This document shows, piece by piece, positions 11,984 through 23,726 of a DNA stretch of 64,000 nucleotides. The DNA is taken from the NCBI GenBank assembly GCA_963514005.1, contig OY740800.1:29450001-29514000 (forward strand). The letters run 5' to 3'. Below the pieces are notes generated by a model that searched no databases, had not been told where the DNA came from, and saw only the letters and a list, made by a program, of their open reading frames with translations. Within the stretch, counting starts at the first letter, position 1. Every line of letters begins with the position of its first letter. This DNA comes from Raja brachyura (lineage: Eukaryota). Made by a program: the position numbers and the translations under genes.

Positions 11984-12566
11984 GACAGGCTGGATTGCTA
12001 TTCCATTGAGTCAATATGGACTAAATGGTCCCCTTTCGTGCTTTATCCATTCTGTGAATCAGTACAGCAGTGGGGCAGACAGTGAGTAACAGCCGTAAGA
12101 AGACAAGGACAACACTGCCATGAGAAAAGGCCTTGAGTCAATGCCTTGGAGCTGCGCTACAGAAAAGGATTAACTGATACGGAATAAAATATTTGACCAA
12201 TGATTTGATGGAATAGGTGAGGACATGTAAATGGACGAATACCTAAACCTCACAACCTAGGAGCCCGAGAAGGATGTGAAATTAAATTGCTGTCGCTCCC
12301 AGTCCTTGAAGGCACTGAAATGTCCATCTCCTGCATGAAATTATTCCCCCCTCCTCAAACAGACTGAATCTACTCTCCTTCACAGCGCAGGATGAAACCG
12401 CCTTCTCTCAATCTCCAATTAAAACTAATGGGGCTGCACACCCTCAAACCCACACCGTTCATCAATGAGAAGTGCCCTCCCTCCCTTCTCCATCTGTGGA
12501 GGAAAACCATTGATTCACAGTGTTGCCTGCATTGCAGCCACTCAGCATCAGTGTACAGCACTCTAC

Positions 12567-12617
12567 CTTCAACGTGTATGATCTCCTGAATGCCAGAGCA
12601 TGAGGAACATAGACAGT
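12567..12617 (-). CDS. MICAL3: MICAL3-like 51-nt cassette exon (TVYVPHALAFRRSYTLK), phase 0-0
   Basis: ttttattttcttccttcttgag|ACT GTC TAT GTT CCT CAT..TTG AAG|gtagag. Matches the recalled MICAL3 alternative segment S.YVPHALAF(K/R)RSY..K. Confidence 0.85.
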
Positions 12618-13515
12618 CTCAAGAAGGAAGAAAAATAAAACAACTTAGAAAGGAACAGATTGAAAACAGATCACAGTAACAAAGACAAACTGGCACTACA
12701 ATGTAGAAGTAAAAAAAAATACACATTTTGGCTTCATATTGGCGCTCACCAACGCTCTCATGCTCACCAACCAATCCATCGTATCCTCACACCCTAGCCC
12801 AGTATATTTCAGTGCTTCTGAAACTGCAAACACAGCGCTCTATCACCTGTATCCACTCTTGTACAGTTCTCCTACATTGCTGTAGACATTGATTGAAGTA
12901 CACTTAGATCCTTTCTGCTCCATTCCCTTTCACACCCTACAATTGAACATGCATGTATTTACCGCAGTGCAGTTTGACTATCGCCTTGGACCTTTCTACC
13001 CGTATACTTGGACCCCTTTCCCACAGTGTACTCGCACACCTGTTCTTCTGCAAACAGAGATAATTCTATCTCAGGATAATTCTATTTCTATTCTCATTCT
13101 ATCTCGGAGCTCATGGATCTATTTATCACTCTACCCAGGTCCTTGTGCACGTTTACTTGGACCCTTCCATCCCTGTGCACTAGGTCTCCTCAAATACAAC
13201 ACACTTGAATCCTGTACACCCTGTACTATCCAAGACAATCCTCGACCTGACCCCAATCCTGATCTCATTTACAATCCCAATGAGAAGACCAAGCACAATC
13301 CTACATCTGAATCGAACTGCTTTGAAAACAATCTTCACCAGTGAGATCCCTGACTGACTTCTTCCCCCCAATATATTTACAGATTCCATCCCACTTTAAT
13401 TGGCCCAGCCTAGCTCAGCACAGACCCAGAAGCCAAATGGAAAAACCACGTGGCATGCAGTGTGCACGCACACACACATGCACACACACCCACACAAAAA
13501 GCAGTGCCTGGGTAC

Positions 13516-13610
13516 CTCTCGCCTGGAGCGCTGTGAGGTCCTCTCAAGTATATCGTCACTGGACAAGTCCGAGTCCTCCGAGAAACTCAGGTGTTGACGG
13601 AGTTGGAGTC
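13516..13610 (-). CDS. MICAL3: MICAL3-like exon (GLQLRQHLSFSEDSDLSSDDILERTSQRSRRE), phase 1-0
   Basis: ttgtttgttgcag|GA CTC CAA..CGA GAG|gtaccc. Matches MICAL3 LSFSEDSDLSSDD. Confidence 0.95.
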
Positions 13611-13993
13611 CTGCAACAAACAACCACATGAGAACCGTGTCCCTGAAATAGGGTGAACAATGAAGGTCCACACAAGGCCGGGACACCCAGTCTCTTGGAG
13701 TGATAGTGTCCAAATATCCTGCATACCTCGCATGCCCAGATCTCAGAGTGAGAACCTTCGTGCAGCATTTACTCACCCAAACCCCACAGTTCTACTATGA
13801 AAGTATGCAGAGAAACCCCATGTAGATCACCACCCTTGTATTATGATAGTATTTAGGGAAGGTCCTTGTACATAGTCCGCATCTCATTCTTGCAATGGCA
13901 AGATCCTTAACAGCATCAATGCACAGAAGGAACTTGGGATCCAAGATCATAGCACCCAGAAAGTGGCAACACAGGTAGATAGTCAAATAAGGT

Positions 13994-14115
13994 ATGTGTA
14001 TGAAGGAACTGCAGATGCTGGTTTAAACCAAAAATGCTAGAGTAACTCAACGGGACAAGCAGCATCTCTGGAGGGAAGGAATGGGTGACGTTTCGGGTCA
14101 AGACCCTTCTTCAGA
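13994..14115 (-). mobile_element. Penelope-derived short element with minimal hammerhead core (14087-14114)
   Basis: Minus strand CTGAAGA-AGGGTCTTGACCC-GAAACGTC, followed by the family body ..CCAGAGATGCTGC..GAGTTACTC.AGCA. Confidence 0.75.
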
Positions 14116-14116
14116 T

Positions 14117-15430
14117 GGTATGCTTGGCTTCATTAGTCAGGACATTGAGTACAAGAGCCAGGAAGTCATGTTGCAGCTTTTAACGACTAGGGTATGGCCA
14201 CATTTGGTGTATTGTGTGCAGTTCAAGTCACCCCATTGCAGGAAGGATGTGCAGATTTTGGAGAGTGCGACGAAAAAGGTTTATCAGAATGTCCTGGAGT
14301 TATGCCAGCACTTGGTGTGTTTTTTTAACCAGAATGCTGCCTGGTTTAGAGAGTATTAGGTATAACGAGAGGTTGGACAAGCTTAGATTGGTTTTTTTTT
14401 CTGGTGCTTCAGAGCTGAGGGAAGACCTAGAAGTGTATAACATTATGAGAGGCATAATCAGGTACACATTCAGAACACTTTTCAGAGGGTGGAAATGTCA
14501 AAGACCAGCAGGCATAGCTTAAAGGTGAAAGGGTCAAAATTGAAAGGAGATGTGGATGGAAAGTTTTTATTTAACATAGAGAGTAGTGAGGGCCTGAGGC
14601 TTTTAAGAGGCTTTGATTAAGCATATAAATATGAAGGGAATGGAGGGATATGGATCACGTACAGGCAGAAGAGATTAGTTTACCGTGGCATCATGTTTTG
14701 GATGTGCCCAGAGAAAGAGTCTTACAATGTGCCCAGAGAAAGAGTCTTACAATGCCACCCCCTGGCCCACGAACAGTGACTATGAAAAGGCGTGAGATTG
14801 TTTCGACATACTCCCCGCACAGTAATGGCACATTGAAGAATGCGCTGTTGCTTAAAAGGTGGAAGAGGGTTACACAGAAAAATTTGTTGCCAGAATGTGA
14901 ATGATCAACCATTGTTAAATCATTGGAAAAATTAGCGGAACTGCATTAAATGTCATTAAGGTGGACAAGATTAATCACAGGTAGTCAGCATGGTAAGTGA
15001 AGGCTGGGTCCAACTAATTCAATTAAAACTTTTGAGGATGGAAACAAGAAAAGTCACCGAGGATGGAAATGCATTCAATGTATTTGCCATCTGGCAGGCT
15101 TATCGGAAAATTGAAAGTCCATGGAGTTTACTGAAGACGACCGCTGGATGTAAAGTAGGCTCAGTAAGTGGGAGTAGGCGAAGGGGGAAAGTTGACGGCT
15201 ATTTCTGGTGAAGTTTTTCAGAGTTAAGCAAAAAAATGCTTTGTTTATTACACTGTGATTAAATGATTTGTACTTGTGAGGCAAACACGGCAACAGTTGG
15301 GCATAGAGTGCTATATGGTGATCACCTCCCACCCCAAGAAACAAAAATGTGAGGGCATTGGAGGTGCAGAGAAGTGTGAAGGTATTGGAGGCAGAGAGGG
15401 AGAGTAAGGATATTGGAGGCTTGAGACGGC
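14117..15430 (+). mobile_element. Degenerate CR1 LINE fragments (two ages) with a 25-bp tandem duplication at about 14703-14752
   Basis: GMLGFISQDIEYKSQEVMLQL..HL.YCVQF, typical of the CR1 ORF2 C-terminus. Confidence 0.75.
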
Positions 15431-15431
15431 A

Positions 15432-15495
15432 TTCAAGGTTCAAGGTTCAAGGTTAGTTTATTGGTCACATACACCAATTGGTGTAGTGAAATGTT
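15432..15495 (-). mobile_element. Isolated Rex1-like 3' tail, same as the element at 11468-11983
   Basis: (TTCAAGG)3 plus TTTATTGGTCACATACACCAATTGGTGTAGTGAAATG; shares the 16-bp palindrome TACACCAATTGGTGTA. Confidence 0.7.
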
Positions 15496-15529
15496 ATGCT
15501 TGGAGCATTATGCATTATGCTAGGAGCTG

Positions 15530-15780
15530 TGTTTGTGGGTGAGTGTGGTGTGAGGGCAGTGTTTGAGGGTGTGTGGGCAGTGTATCAGGGTGAATGCAGT
15601 GTGTTGGCCAGTGTATCAGGGCGAGTGTGGTGTGTGGCCAGTGTTTCAGGGTAAGTGTGGTGTGTAGTTAGTGTATCAGGGCGAGTGTGGTGTGTGGCCA
15701 GTGGTTCAGGGCGTGTTGGTGTGTGGGTAGTGTTTCTGGGCGTGTGCGCGATGTGTGGGGCAGTTTGACGGTGAGCACGC
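15530..15780. repeat. Minisatellite, about 30-bp unit (GTGTATCAGGGCGAGTGTGGTGTGTGGCCA), about 8 degenerate copies
   Basis: Read directly; begins about 30 nt into the intron after the large exon. Confidence 0.85.
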
Positions 15781-15812
15781 GGTGCTTTGGGCAGTGTATG
15801 TCCGTGTCCTAC

Positions 15813-17475
15813 CGACTGCGGTGCGGAGGATGTCAGTGCTGCGCCTGTTGCTGGAGTTGACGGTGTTGCCGCTGGACGGGGTGCTGGGGCACGCCTTCTC
15901 CTCCTTCTTCTTTCTGTCCCTCCGGTAACTGGAGAAGACGGATTTCCAGATGGACCTGGGCTTGGTGCTCTCCTCGGTCAGGCTGCTCTCGGTCTTGGAC
16001 TTTTTCTCCTTTTTGCTCTTACGGGGAGAGAAGAGGGAGGTTCTTTTCTTGTTCTTGCTGGCAGAACCCTCGGAGGAGGCTCCAGATCCCTCCAGACTGA
16101 GGTCCTGTGCCGGTGCAGGTAACGGCTTCTCCACCACCGCCTCCTGCTGCGGCTGGTCCCCATCGATTAACTTGGCAGCGAGGGGAGCCGGCGCCTCAGC
16201 CACCTGGGCTATCGGAGGACGGGCTGGGGACCCTTCCGCCACTTCCATTTCCTTCATCTTCCTCAGCTCCTTGGCCATGGCATCTCGGAGAGCCTGGCTC
16301 TTGACTGACTTCTCGCGGGCCCTCATCCTCTCTTTGGCGATCTCCTTGGCCTCGGGGGAGATCTGGGTGAGGGGCCGCCGTTTCCCGCTCGAGGGCGGCT
16401 TGTCTTTGGCGGGGGCCAGGTGCAGCTGCCCGGGTTTCTCCAGGCTGCCGGCCGGCGTGTAGAACTGCTCCTGGATGCTGGTGTCGGGCGTCCGGTCATC
16501 GTACGTGTCCTCCACGTCGTCCGCAAAGGGAATCTCATCCAGGCTCTCCACCAGCGACTTCCTCACGCCTGCCGACTGCGGGCCTGAGGCAGGCTGGTCA
16601 CCGGGCCGGGCAGCAGGGCCTTGCTCGGCAGGCCGAGGCCTGGGGCCTTGCTGCTTCTTCCGGCGGAGGGTGGCGGGCTCCTCGCCAGCAGGGGGAGGTG
16701 GGGGCGGGCTGGAGGGAGGTGTTAACATGGTGTCCGAGTTGTTGAGGCTCTCACTGGCAGCGGTCCTGGTGTTGCTCATGCTCCCGTTCAGGCCCAGCCC
16801 TGAGGTGCTGGACAGGTCCCTTTGCCCACTGTCTGAGTTCTTGGGCTCCAGCCCGATGGATGGGCTGAGGGTGGGGGATGGAACCAGCTGCCCTCCCACC
16901 ATGGGTGCGGTGGGTGTCCCCGAGAGCGGCTGAGGGCTAGACGTACATTCGTCAAACATCTCCTCCGGCGTGAAGGACTGAGGGGATGCCGATCCCGTAG
17001 TGGACAGGGTGAAGCTGGTTTCCGAGCCGCTGGTTCTCTCCGGAGCACTGACTCCCAGATTTCTCCTCATCTCATTGCTCCTCAGCCAGAACTCGTCCAC
17101 GGGGTCTTTCCTGGCTGGTTTGTCCACCCCCTGCACAGGGCCCTTTGCCTTGATCCCTCCACCGCGTAGCCACTCCCTGCTAGGTTCGGTGATGGGGGTG
17201 GAGGTCTGGACCAAGGAGAGTGGCTGGGACTTCACCGGGGACTTGGCAGTGACGGGGCTGCCTGCTGGGGGCGATGTCAGGGGCTGGCAGCAGATGGCAG
17301 GAGGGGTGGCTGCTGGCTGCGAGTCCACTGGCGAACACGACAAAGACAATTCTGGGAAGAACAGAGGCTGTTGCCGTACCGGAGACAGGGGGGAAAGAGA
17401 GCTGGGCTTTTCCTGCGACTGTTCACCTCTCCTTTCTGATGAAAACAGTTTTGTGGAAGGACTGTGCTTATCGAT
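15813..17475 (-). CDS. MICAL3: MICAL3-like large Pro/Ser-rich exon (1663 nt), phase 0-1
   Basis: ttttcccttcaaacag|ATC GAT AAG..GCA GTC G|gtagga. Contains MICAL3 motifs EFWLRS.EMRR.LG, MLTPPSSPPPPPP.GEEPATLRRK, EIPFADDVEDTYDD, ERMRAREKSVKSQALRDAMA and WKSVFS.Y. Confidence 0.95.
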
Positions 17476-17814
17476 CTGTTTGAAGGGAAAATAAATTAGA
17501 TATTTTAAACTCACACAGAGCACTGACTAGTTATGAATGCACGGACCCGTGGCCAGAAATTGCCCCGAAGTGGCCTGAGTGTTCAACAGAGAAGGCGGCA
17601 AGTTTACTGCAGCTACGGTGTGACACGGAGAGCCTCTCTTCACCCTGTTGGACGCAGGCTCCAATGCATATGCTGCGCCCTCAGCAGGTCCACAGTAAGG
17701 GTGAACCTGTTTTTCTGACCACAATGATGTTGAGTTGTGGTCACTGGGGGCTATTTGGAGAATCTTCCAAATCAACTCCCATGTACAGCAGACATGTCAT
17801 GGAAGCCAGAAGAC

Positions 17815-18085
17815 TCATTCCAGATCCCCACACCTAACCATAACCCCAGTGACCCATATCTAACCAGACACCCAGATCCCCACATCTAACTAGACCCCTA
17901 GAGATCCACACCTAACCAGAACGGCAGTGACCCACACCTAACCAGATCTCCCAAAGCCTCATCCATGGTCACATTCTCAATATACCCAAAACTCGCCCAA
18001 TCTTCCACAAACCCCCACCTGACGAGATCACCCACATTACGCAGAGCTCCATTCCAAGACAGATCACCCAAAGCACCACAAGCGC
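17815..18085. repeat. Degenerate tandem repeat (CAGATCCCCACACCTAAC-like)
   Basis: Recurrent AGATC(C/A)CC..ACCTAAC units just downstream of the 18133 donor. Confidence 0.6.
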
Positions 18086-18132
18086 GTTTACTGTACCTCT
18101 GGTTGTTCTTTCCTTGAGTTGACAGAAGGTAC

Positions 18133-18185
18133 CTGAAGATCTGCTCTGTTCTCTGAAAGCACTTGGTGTGTTGGTATGGATCCAT
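18133..18185 (-). CDS. MICAL3: MICAL3-like 53-nt bridging exon B (DGSIPTHQVLSENRADLQ), phase 1-0
   Basis: ctaaactaatgtctgtctgatatgtttag|AT GGA TCC..CTT CAG|gtacct. Supplies the phase 1->0 change needed between exon 24497 and the large exon. Confidence 0.6.
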
Positions 18186-18233
18186 CTAAACATATCAGAC
18201 AGACATTAGTTTAGAAAATTGCAGTAACCTCAC

Positions 18234-18346
18234 ATCACTGTCTATTTGCTGCACCGTGTCTCTTTTCAAATTCTTGTCTTTTGCCAGTTGATGCACCTCT
18301 CCTAGTTCCTTTTCAAATCCATCTGCAGTCACTTGCTCAGTTTTAA
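18234..18346 (-). CDS. MICAL3: MICAL3-like 113-nt bridging exon A (VKTEQVTADGFEKELGEVHQLAKDKNLKRDTVQQIDSD), phase 1-0
   Basis: Long pyrimidine tract, then ctgtaag|TT AAA..AGT GAT|gtgagg, stop-free. An in-frame alternative acceptor actgcag| gives a start at 18322. Confidence 0.6.
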
Positions 18347-18629
18347 CTTACAGTCGAGGTGTGCAGATTGAGAGACAGGAAAGAAATAGAAAATGGCACA
18401 GAGATGGAGAACAGAGAATGTGGTGAAAGGAGAGGAAGGGACAGGAATTGTAAAGGTACAAGAAAGAGCTGGCAAAAGCAAGAGATATTGAAAGTTAGAG
18501 GGAGAGGGGGAAGGAAAGCAGGTGAGAAGCAGATATTTACAATGGACACAGTGAGGCCTAGTGGCCCAGCCCGTAGAGCCAATGCCTCATTGCACTAGTG
18601 ACCCGGAGATGCTGTATGACTTTATATGA

Positions 18630-18900
18630 CTCTAAAAACTGGAAATACACACGGAGTCAGTCAGCATCAGCAGAGTGAATTTAAATATTATGAATCATAA
18701 TTAAGCAGCTGGAAGAACAACGGGAGAGGAGGGAATGTGACAAATTGAGTTTGAGGGGCATCAGAGAGGCAGATACCTCCTCCATCACCTCAATCCAGGG
18801 ACCCAAGCAGTCCTTCCGGGTGAGACAGAGGTTCTTGTGCACCTCGTCTATCCTCATCTCCTGCGTCCAGTGTTCCCGATGTGGCCTCCTTCAGCAAGGG
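18630..18900. mobile_element. Penelope-like element remnants (GIY-YIG region at about 18770-18900, + strand)
   Basis: IQGPKQSFRVRQRF.CTSS.LI.C..CSRCGL is the typical PLE GIY-YIG start. Confidence 0.7.
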
Positions 18901-19134
18901 CCTGGCTAATTATTTTACCCAAATGCCACTTCCCACATTCACCCCCTATCCCTTGATTCCTTACGATTTAAAAAAAACTGTCCTGCATATGTTCAGTGAG
19001 CGAGCATTTGCAGCCCCCTTGGGGAGTTACAATGCTACATAACATTCTGCATGGTGTCTCAGCAGGGCTGCGCATCATTGGAGCAAGATGCCTCTATTAT
19101 TCAAATCTTCCTGCAACAAACCATTAATCTTTTC

Positions 19135-19328
19135 CTGGAGTGTTGGAATAATTCAGCTGGTCAGGCGGCATCTCTGGAGGATATAGATGGGACAAGTTTG
19201 GGGTCAGGGTCAGAAGAAGTCCTGACCAGTAACATTGCCTATCCATGTCTTCCAGAGATGCTGCCTGACCCATTCAGTTACTCCGGCACTTGTGTTCTAT
19301 GCAAGATTCCAGCAGCTGCAGTTCCCTG
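19135..19328. mobile_element. Inverted pair of Penelope-derived short elements
   Basis: Left arm GGAATAATTCAGCTGGTCAGGCGGCATCTCTGGA is roughly the reverse complement of right arm TCCAGAGATGCTGCCTGACCCATTCAGTTACTCC. Confidence 0.7.
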
Positions 19329-20175
19329 TCATAGAGTTATACAGCGTGGAAACACTCCTTCCAGCCCAACTTGCCCATGCCGACCAACATGCTCCATCTA
19401 CACTAGTCCCACTTGCCTATGTTTGGCCCATATCCTTCTAAACCTATCTGTAGATTGGCTATTGCATGTTAGGAGGTAAAGGTTGATGAGGCAGCTCCTT
19501 ACCGTACGAGGACCGGGCGGGTTAGCAAGCCACCTGTTAGAGATGGCGATTATGTTTAACCCCATTATTATTAGATGTGGCAATTTGCATTTAACAATTT
19601 GTTGACTCAACGTAGTGATAACGTTTTATCTACTTTTCATTTATAGAAGAAGAGATGTAGATTGGCTATAGCATGCTAGCCAATTAGAATGATTAGTAAT
19701 TATAACTCTGCCTAATTCATAGTGTAAGATCGCGCCCATTGTCTACCAGTTAGAGTAGCAGTGTGAACATGTGATGTCCTGCTTAGTAGTTGATGACCTG
19801 AACAATAAGGATGCTTGTGTTTCAACCTGTGTGAGTTTGAGCTCTTAACACTATCCTATCCATGTGCCTGTCCGAATGTTTTTTAAACGTTGTGATAGTA
19901 TCCACCTCAACTACCTCTTCTGGCAGTTCATCCCATATAACTTCCAACTTTCAAGTAAAATCTGCACCTCAGGTTCCTATAATTTTTTTCTCCTCTGAAC
20001 TCAAACCTATGAACTTAGGCTCTTGATTCCCTGACTCTTGGTAAATAACTGTGGATTTACCCTATCTACTCTCACGATCTATAAGATCATCCCTCATCCT
20101 CCTGCTCTCCAAGGAATAAAGTCCTAGTCTGCTCAACCTCTGGTTACAGCTCAGCCCCTCGAGTCCTGGCAACAG
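19329..20175 (-). mobile_element. CR1 LINE 3' end, interrupted by a solo LTR
   Basis: Reverse-complement CR1 tail and ORF2 C-terminus on both sides of 19449-19850. Confidence 0.8.
19449..19850 (+). mobile_element. Solo LTR (402 bp)
   Basis: TG...CA termini; 5-bp TSD CTATC at 19444-19448 and 19851-19855; AATAAG polyA-like motif near the 3' end; internal repeat TGTAGATTGGCTAT.GCATG. Confidence 0.75.
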
Positions 20176-21097
20176 TCCATAATCAGTGAGGATAGGGGAC
20201 AAATTATCCTCGACAATAATTCTTGTACTCACCAAGTACAAACCAAATTCAATTTACAAATATACAGACATCACCGCAGTGGGCCTTATATCAAATAATG
20301 ACGAGACAGAGGACAGGCAGGAGATTCAGAACCTTGTGGAACCTTGTGTCAAGACAACAACCTTTCTCCCAATGTCAGCAAGACAAGGGAGATAGTGATC
20401 GACTTCAGGATGCAAAGCGGTACTCGTATCCTTGTATATATTGATGGCGCCAAAGTAGAGATGGTTTAAAGCTTCAAGTTCCTAGGAGTAAATATCACTA
20501 GCGACTTGTCTTGGACCAGCCAAGAAACCACACCAACACCACGACTTCCTTACAAGGCCTAGGAAGTTCGTCATGTCCCCAACAACCCTCGCCAATTTTA
20601 CAGATGTGCATAGGAAGCATTATATCAAGATGCATCATAGCATGGTTGGGGCCCACATGAAATTGCAGAGAATTGTCGACACAGCCCAGAACATCACACA
20701 AACCAACCTCCCATGCATTGACTCCATCTACACTTCACGCTGTCTCGGCAAGGCCACCAGCGTAATCAAGGACGGGTCTCACCCCAGTCACTCCCTCTCT
20801 ATGTCCTCTCCCATCAGGCAAGAGGTACAGAGGTATGAAAACACCTATCTCCAGATTCAGGGACAGTTTTTTTCCAAGCTGTTATCAGGCAACTGAACCA
20901 TCCTATCAACAACTAGCGAGCGGCCTGAGCTATTATCTTCCTCATTGGAAACCTTTGGACTATCTTTAATCAGACTTTACTGGGCTTTATCTTGCACTAA
21001 ATGTTAATCCCTTTATCATGTATCTGTGCACAGTGGAGGGCTTGATTGTAATCATGTCTAGTCTATCCATTGGCTGGTTAGCATGTGACAATAAATT
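20176..21097 (+). mobile_element. Rex1/Babar LINE 3' portion (degenerate RT C-terminus plus 3' UTR)
   Basis: [17 protein letters not shown]-like and SFKFLGVNIT remnants; 3' UTR ending GTGACAATAAA. Confidence 0.85.
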
Positions 21098-21104
21098 AAA
21101 CCCA

Positions 21105-22865
21105 AATCCTTGTAGATCTTCTCTGCATCCTTTCCAACTTAACATCTTTCCAATAATAGGATGACAATAACTGAACACAATTCTCTAAATGTGGCCTCAC
21201 CTTTACAGCTGTACAACTGTAACACAGTCTCCCAAATTCTACACTCAATACTCTGACTGAGGAAGACCAATGTGCCGAAAGTCTTCTTGACCAGGCTGTC
21301 TTAACTGTGACACTACTTTCAAGGTGCTATGTATCTGCCCTCCTAGATCACACAGCTCTACTAGATCACACTGCTCTACAACACTCCCCAGAGCCCTGCC
21401 ATCCGCTGTGTAGGTTAGACTTCCCAAAATGCAACACCTTACACTTATCTGTATTAAACTCTATCAACCATTCCTCAGACCACCAGGCCAATGATCAAGA
21501 TCCTGCTGTAGGTTTTGACAACCATCTTCGCTATCTACAATACCACCATAGACTCAAGAACAGTTTCTTCCCAAAATCCATCATCTCCCTGAACTCACAC
21601 ATGCATTGACTTCACCCCCGGACTTTCATCTATCCACCTACTGTAATTTGTACTGTAACTGTAACCCATACTGGATATAGGAATCCTATTATCCATTCTA
21701 TTATCCATTGTCTTTTTATAGATATGTATGTAGTGCTGCAGAAACTGTGCACCTTATCCCCCCCCCTTTTTGTCTTGTTTTTGCACTGAGTAGGAGCAGT
21801 TTTTAATCTCACTGTACACGTGTATAGTGACAATAAAAGGCATTCTGATTCTGATTCTGACCTAATTTTATGATAATCATGTGAAAACCGTAGGATGCAG
21901 ATCATCAGGTGCTGCCGATTTATCACCTCTTGTTTGCATTAATTTCTTCAATATTACTTTTTTATGAATGCTAATTTCTTTGATTACTGATCTGTAATTT
22001 CCCCACCATTTTGTATGTTGTTTTCCATACAGTGGTGGGTCTCTGGAGCTCTCTGCCACAGAGGGTAGTTGAGGCCAGTTCATTGGCTATATTTAAGAGG
22101 GAGTTTGATGTGGCCCTTGTGGCTAAGGGGATCAGAGGGTATGGAGAGAAGGCAGGTACGGGATACTGAGTTGCATGATCAGCCATGATCATATTGAATG
22201 GCGGTGCAGGCTCGAAGGGCCGAATGGCCTACTCCTGCACCTAATTTCTATGTTTCTATAAGGATAGGCACAAAAAAAGATATTTAATTTCTCTGTCACC
22301 TTTTTCTTGCCATAATTCCTTCTGTCTCAGCCTTTAAGGGAACCACATTATCTTTTTCTAGCTAGTTAGTTCCTTTTTACACACTGTATCCACTGACGCT
22401 TTAACAGGCTGTTTCTGGCTTTTAGCCTAGACTATTTCTGTGCTGAATTGAATTTTTTTCATACACGTCAGAATCATTGCTTTTCTTGGCAACACTATAA
22501 AACTTTCTCTTTGATCCAATGCTATCGTTAACCTCCCTTGGTAACCATGTATGGATAATATTTCTTGATACATTTTTTGTCTGCAAATGGATATGGATTT
22601 CTTGTAAACTATGTATTAATTCTTTAAAGGTTATTCATTGTTGGTCACACCTTTTAACCTAGTTCTCCAATATACTGAGGACAAGTCACACCTCATTAAT
22701 CAATATTTTGCTTTGTTCAGCTTTAACTATCTGGTTACAGATTAAACTATATAATAGTCAATCTTTATATAAAATTAAATGTTCCCACCCGAACGCGTCT
22801 TTGACCACCAGATCGTCAATGAATCCTTTCTCATTGCACAACACTAGATCTAAAATATCTTGTTC
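21105..22865. mobile_element. Nested stack: old minus-strand CR1 pieces, Rex-like 3' tail (about 21548-21860, +), young CR1 3' end (about 22030-22260, +)
   Basis: (ATTCTG)n tail at about 21842-21860; (CTATGTTT)n tail at about 22245-22260; the 22030-22260 copy is an inverted near-match of 1258-1490. Confidence 0.75.
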
Positions 22866-22871
22866 CCTCAA

Positions 22872-23186
22872 GGGTGGCACAGTTGCGCAGCGGTAGAGTT
22901 GTTGCCTTACAGCGCCAGAGACCCGGGTTCAATCCTGACTATGGGTGCTGTCTGTATGAGTTTGTATGCTCTTCCCGTGACCTGCGTGGGTTTTTTCCGG
23001 GAAGCTCCGGTTTCCTCCCACACTCTAAAGACTTACAGGTTTGTAGGCTAATTGGTTTGGTAGAAATGTAAATTGTCCCTAGTGTGTGTAGGATAGTGTT
23101 AGTATGCGGAGATCGCTGGTCGGTGCGGACTTGGTAGGCCGAAGGGCCTGGTTCTGTTGTGTATCTCTAAACTAAACTAAACAAAA
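22872..23186 (+). mobile_element. tRNA-derived SINE (HE1/V-SINE-like) with CR1-derived tail
   Basis: A-box-like GTTGCGCAGCGG, B-box GGTTCAATCC, V-domain-like core, GGCCGAAGGGCCT hairpin and (CTAAA)n tail. Confidence 0.9.
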
Positions 23187-23726
23187 CTCATTGGCTTCTC
23201 AACATAATAATCTGATCAAACCATCTCTTACACAGTCCATGGCTTTTTCCTCACACCATTAACAATTGGGTCAAGATTTGGGTGAGGAATGCTGGCACCA
23301 CAGGGGAATGGAATTGCTTTATCAGAACCTGGCAAGGACTCAATTTGCAAAATGCTTCCTCGTGTGCTGTAACAATTCTTTCAGTGCCAGAGGAATTTTG
23401 TTGAGATCTCTGAGGGAGCTTGATGAGATTTCTGTGCAGGTTCTTGGTGGGGTTTGGTTGAAACTTCCTGAGGAGCAGATTGAAATCTGTCAGGGGCAAT
23501 GATGTAACTCCATGCCAGCACATGGGCATCAGTTCTGATGGCACCTAAATTATACCTTAACCGTTTTCCCCCTACTCTTTCCGTACCCAAAGTATTTTAT
23601 TGACACTTCCAGTAATGGATGATACTCATCTTCCTTTAACTGGAAGCTCAAATGTTTTGTTGTTTATTCCTGCCAAAAACGTACACCATTTGTAACCTTG
23701 GCAGATGGTCCAAGGCTCAGCAGACG

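Noticed and set aside
15787-17494. Several + strand ORFs of 111-170 aa
   Set aside because: Antisense shadows of the GC-rich MICAL3 large exon.
15706-17523. 605-aa ORF as a standalone intronless gene
   Set aside because: Bounded by splice sites at 17475 and 15813; both ends are intron sequence (pyrimidine tract and minisatellite).
22872-22945. tRNA gene (also at about 29120-29188, 30770-30836, 57915-57981)
   Set aside because: These are tRNA-derived SINE heads continuing into SINE body and CR1 tail; no full cloverleaf.
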